Source: Kudoa neothunni
Taxonomy: Eukaryota; Animalia; Cnidaria
NCBI GenBank assembly: GCA_964304625.1
Contig: OZ199840.1
Span: forward strand, 6,978,336 to 7,042,335
Reading direction: 5' to 3'
DNA length: 64,000 bases
Part shown: positions 63,289-64,000 of the stretch, piece after piece
Position numbering within the stretch: the first letter of the stretch is position 1
How the letters are laid out: the number at the start of each line of letters is the position of its first letter
Notes under the pieces: generated by a model
Database searches by the model: none
The model's input: the letters and a program-made list of their open reading frames with translations, nothing else
Told to the model about the DNA's origin: nothing
Translations under genes and position numbers: made by a program

Positions 63289-64000
63289 GGCAGTGGCTAT
63301 TGCAACGGGAGGAAATAACTCGAAAACTAACATGTCTATAAAAATTTTAATTTCGTTTTTATAATAAATGATTTTTTCTCCAAATAATTTCAAATTTTGG
63401 GGGAAATATAATATGGTGGAATTTTCAAGGTTGTTATTGAAAATTAAGTAACTTCATAATGTCATTTTGATTTGATAGATCGTAGGAACACTAAAAAAAA
63501 GCTTTCTAAGACAATAAACTTTCATAATTGCAAAAATTTTATGTAAATCGTATGCTTTCTATAGTATGAATTACCACGCTCAGGAGTCCGCGCCATTACG
63601 TAAGATTTAGTTAACTAGTGGTACTGGTTCTTTCGTCGGTTAACATCCCTCTGATTCGATACATGCTATTATGGAGAATTATTAACACACTAATTAAAGA
63701 TTTTTTTCTCAAAATTTATAATATGAATAATGTGTATTAATGTACAACTCATTGTATTTAAAGCTATGTCTCAATCTACGAAATAAACACGAATCTATGA
63801 TTTCGAGTTAGATTTATTTATACTATATATAGGACTTAAAAATAGATTGTTTGTTAAAGATATGGTAGTTTTTAAGGAATAATGTGTCATTTCCTTGATT
63901 CGATGTTACGTAGCAATAATTTGAGGGTAATGGGTAATAATTCTCTACATAAAAACAAAAGTATGATTATCATAATAAAATCAAGATCCTTTTAAGACAG
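63289..64000. mobile_element. Second, inverted copy of the 20717-22686 element (runs off the window)
   Basis: Reverse complement of 21975-22686. I noticed only one substitution by eye. Confidence 0.95.

Overview
AT-rich eukaryotic (animal-type) genomic DNA with very short GT-AG introns (mostly 39-70 bp) and strongly diverged proteins. This fits a reduced parasitic metazoan such as a myxozoan, but that is inference, not proven. Five host genes can be reconstructed by hand. (1) A giant filamin-like gene (- strand, 9679 to ~477) with a CH1-CH2 actin-binding domain and at least 26 divergent Ig-like repeats, including an 11-copy near-identical 282-bp array and three +1 frame breaks near its 3' end. 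(2) A polypeptide GalNAc-transferase (GALNT10/7-like, 44551-53149) whose 6.4-kb second intron is a nest of transposons. (3) CNTD1 (58741-60593). (4) PTRH2 (- strand, 60896-61598). (5) MRPL35 (62102-62573), head-to-head with PTRH2. The ~35 kb between the filamin-like gene and GALNT is a nested graveyard of DNA transposons: 7 Merlin (IS1595-like DDE) transposase copies of 3 types across the window, several piggyBac, Tigger/pogo, one MULE, hAT MITEs and a probable Helitron junction. Several transposases carry host-style mini-introns at conserved positions. No rRNA, tRNA or CRISPR was seen. All exon models are manual and unvalidated.
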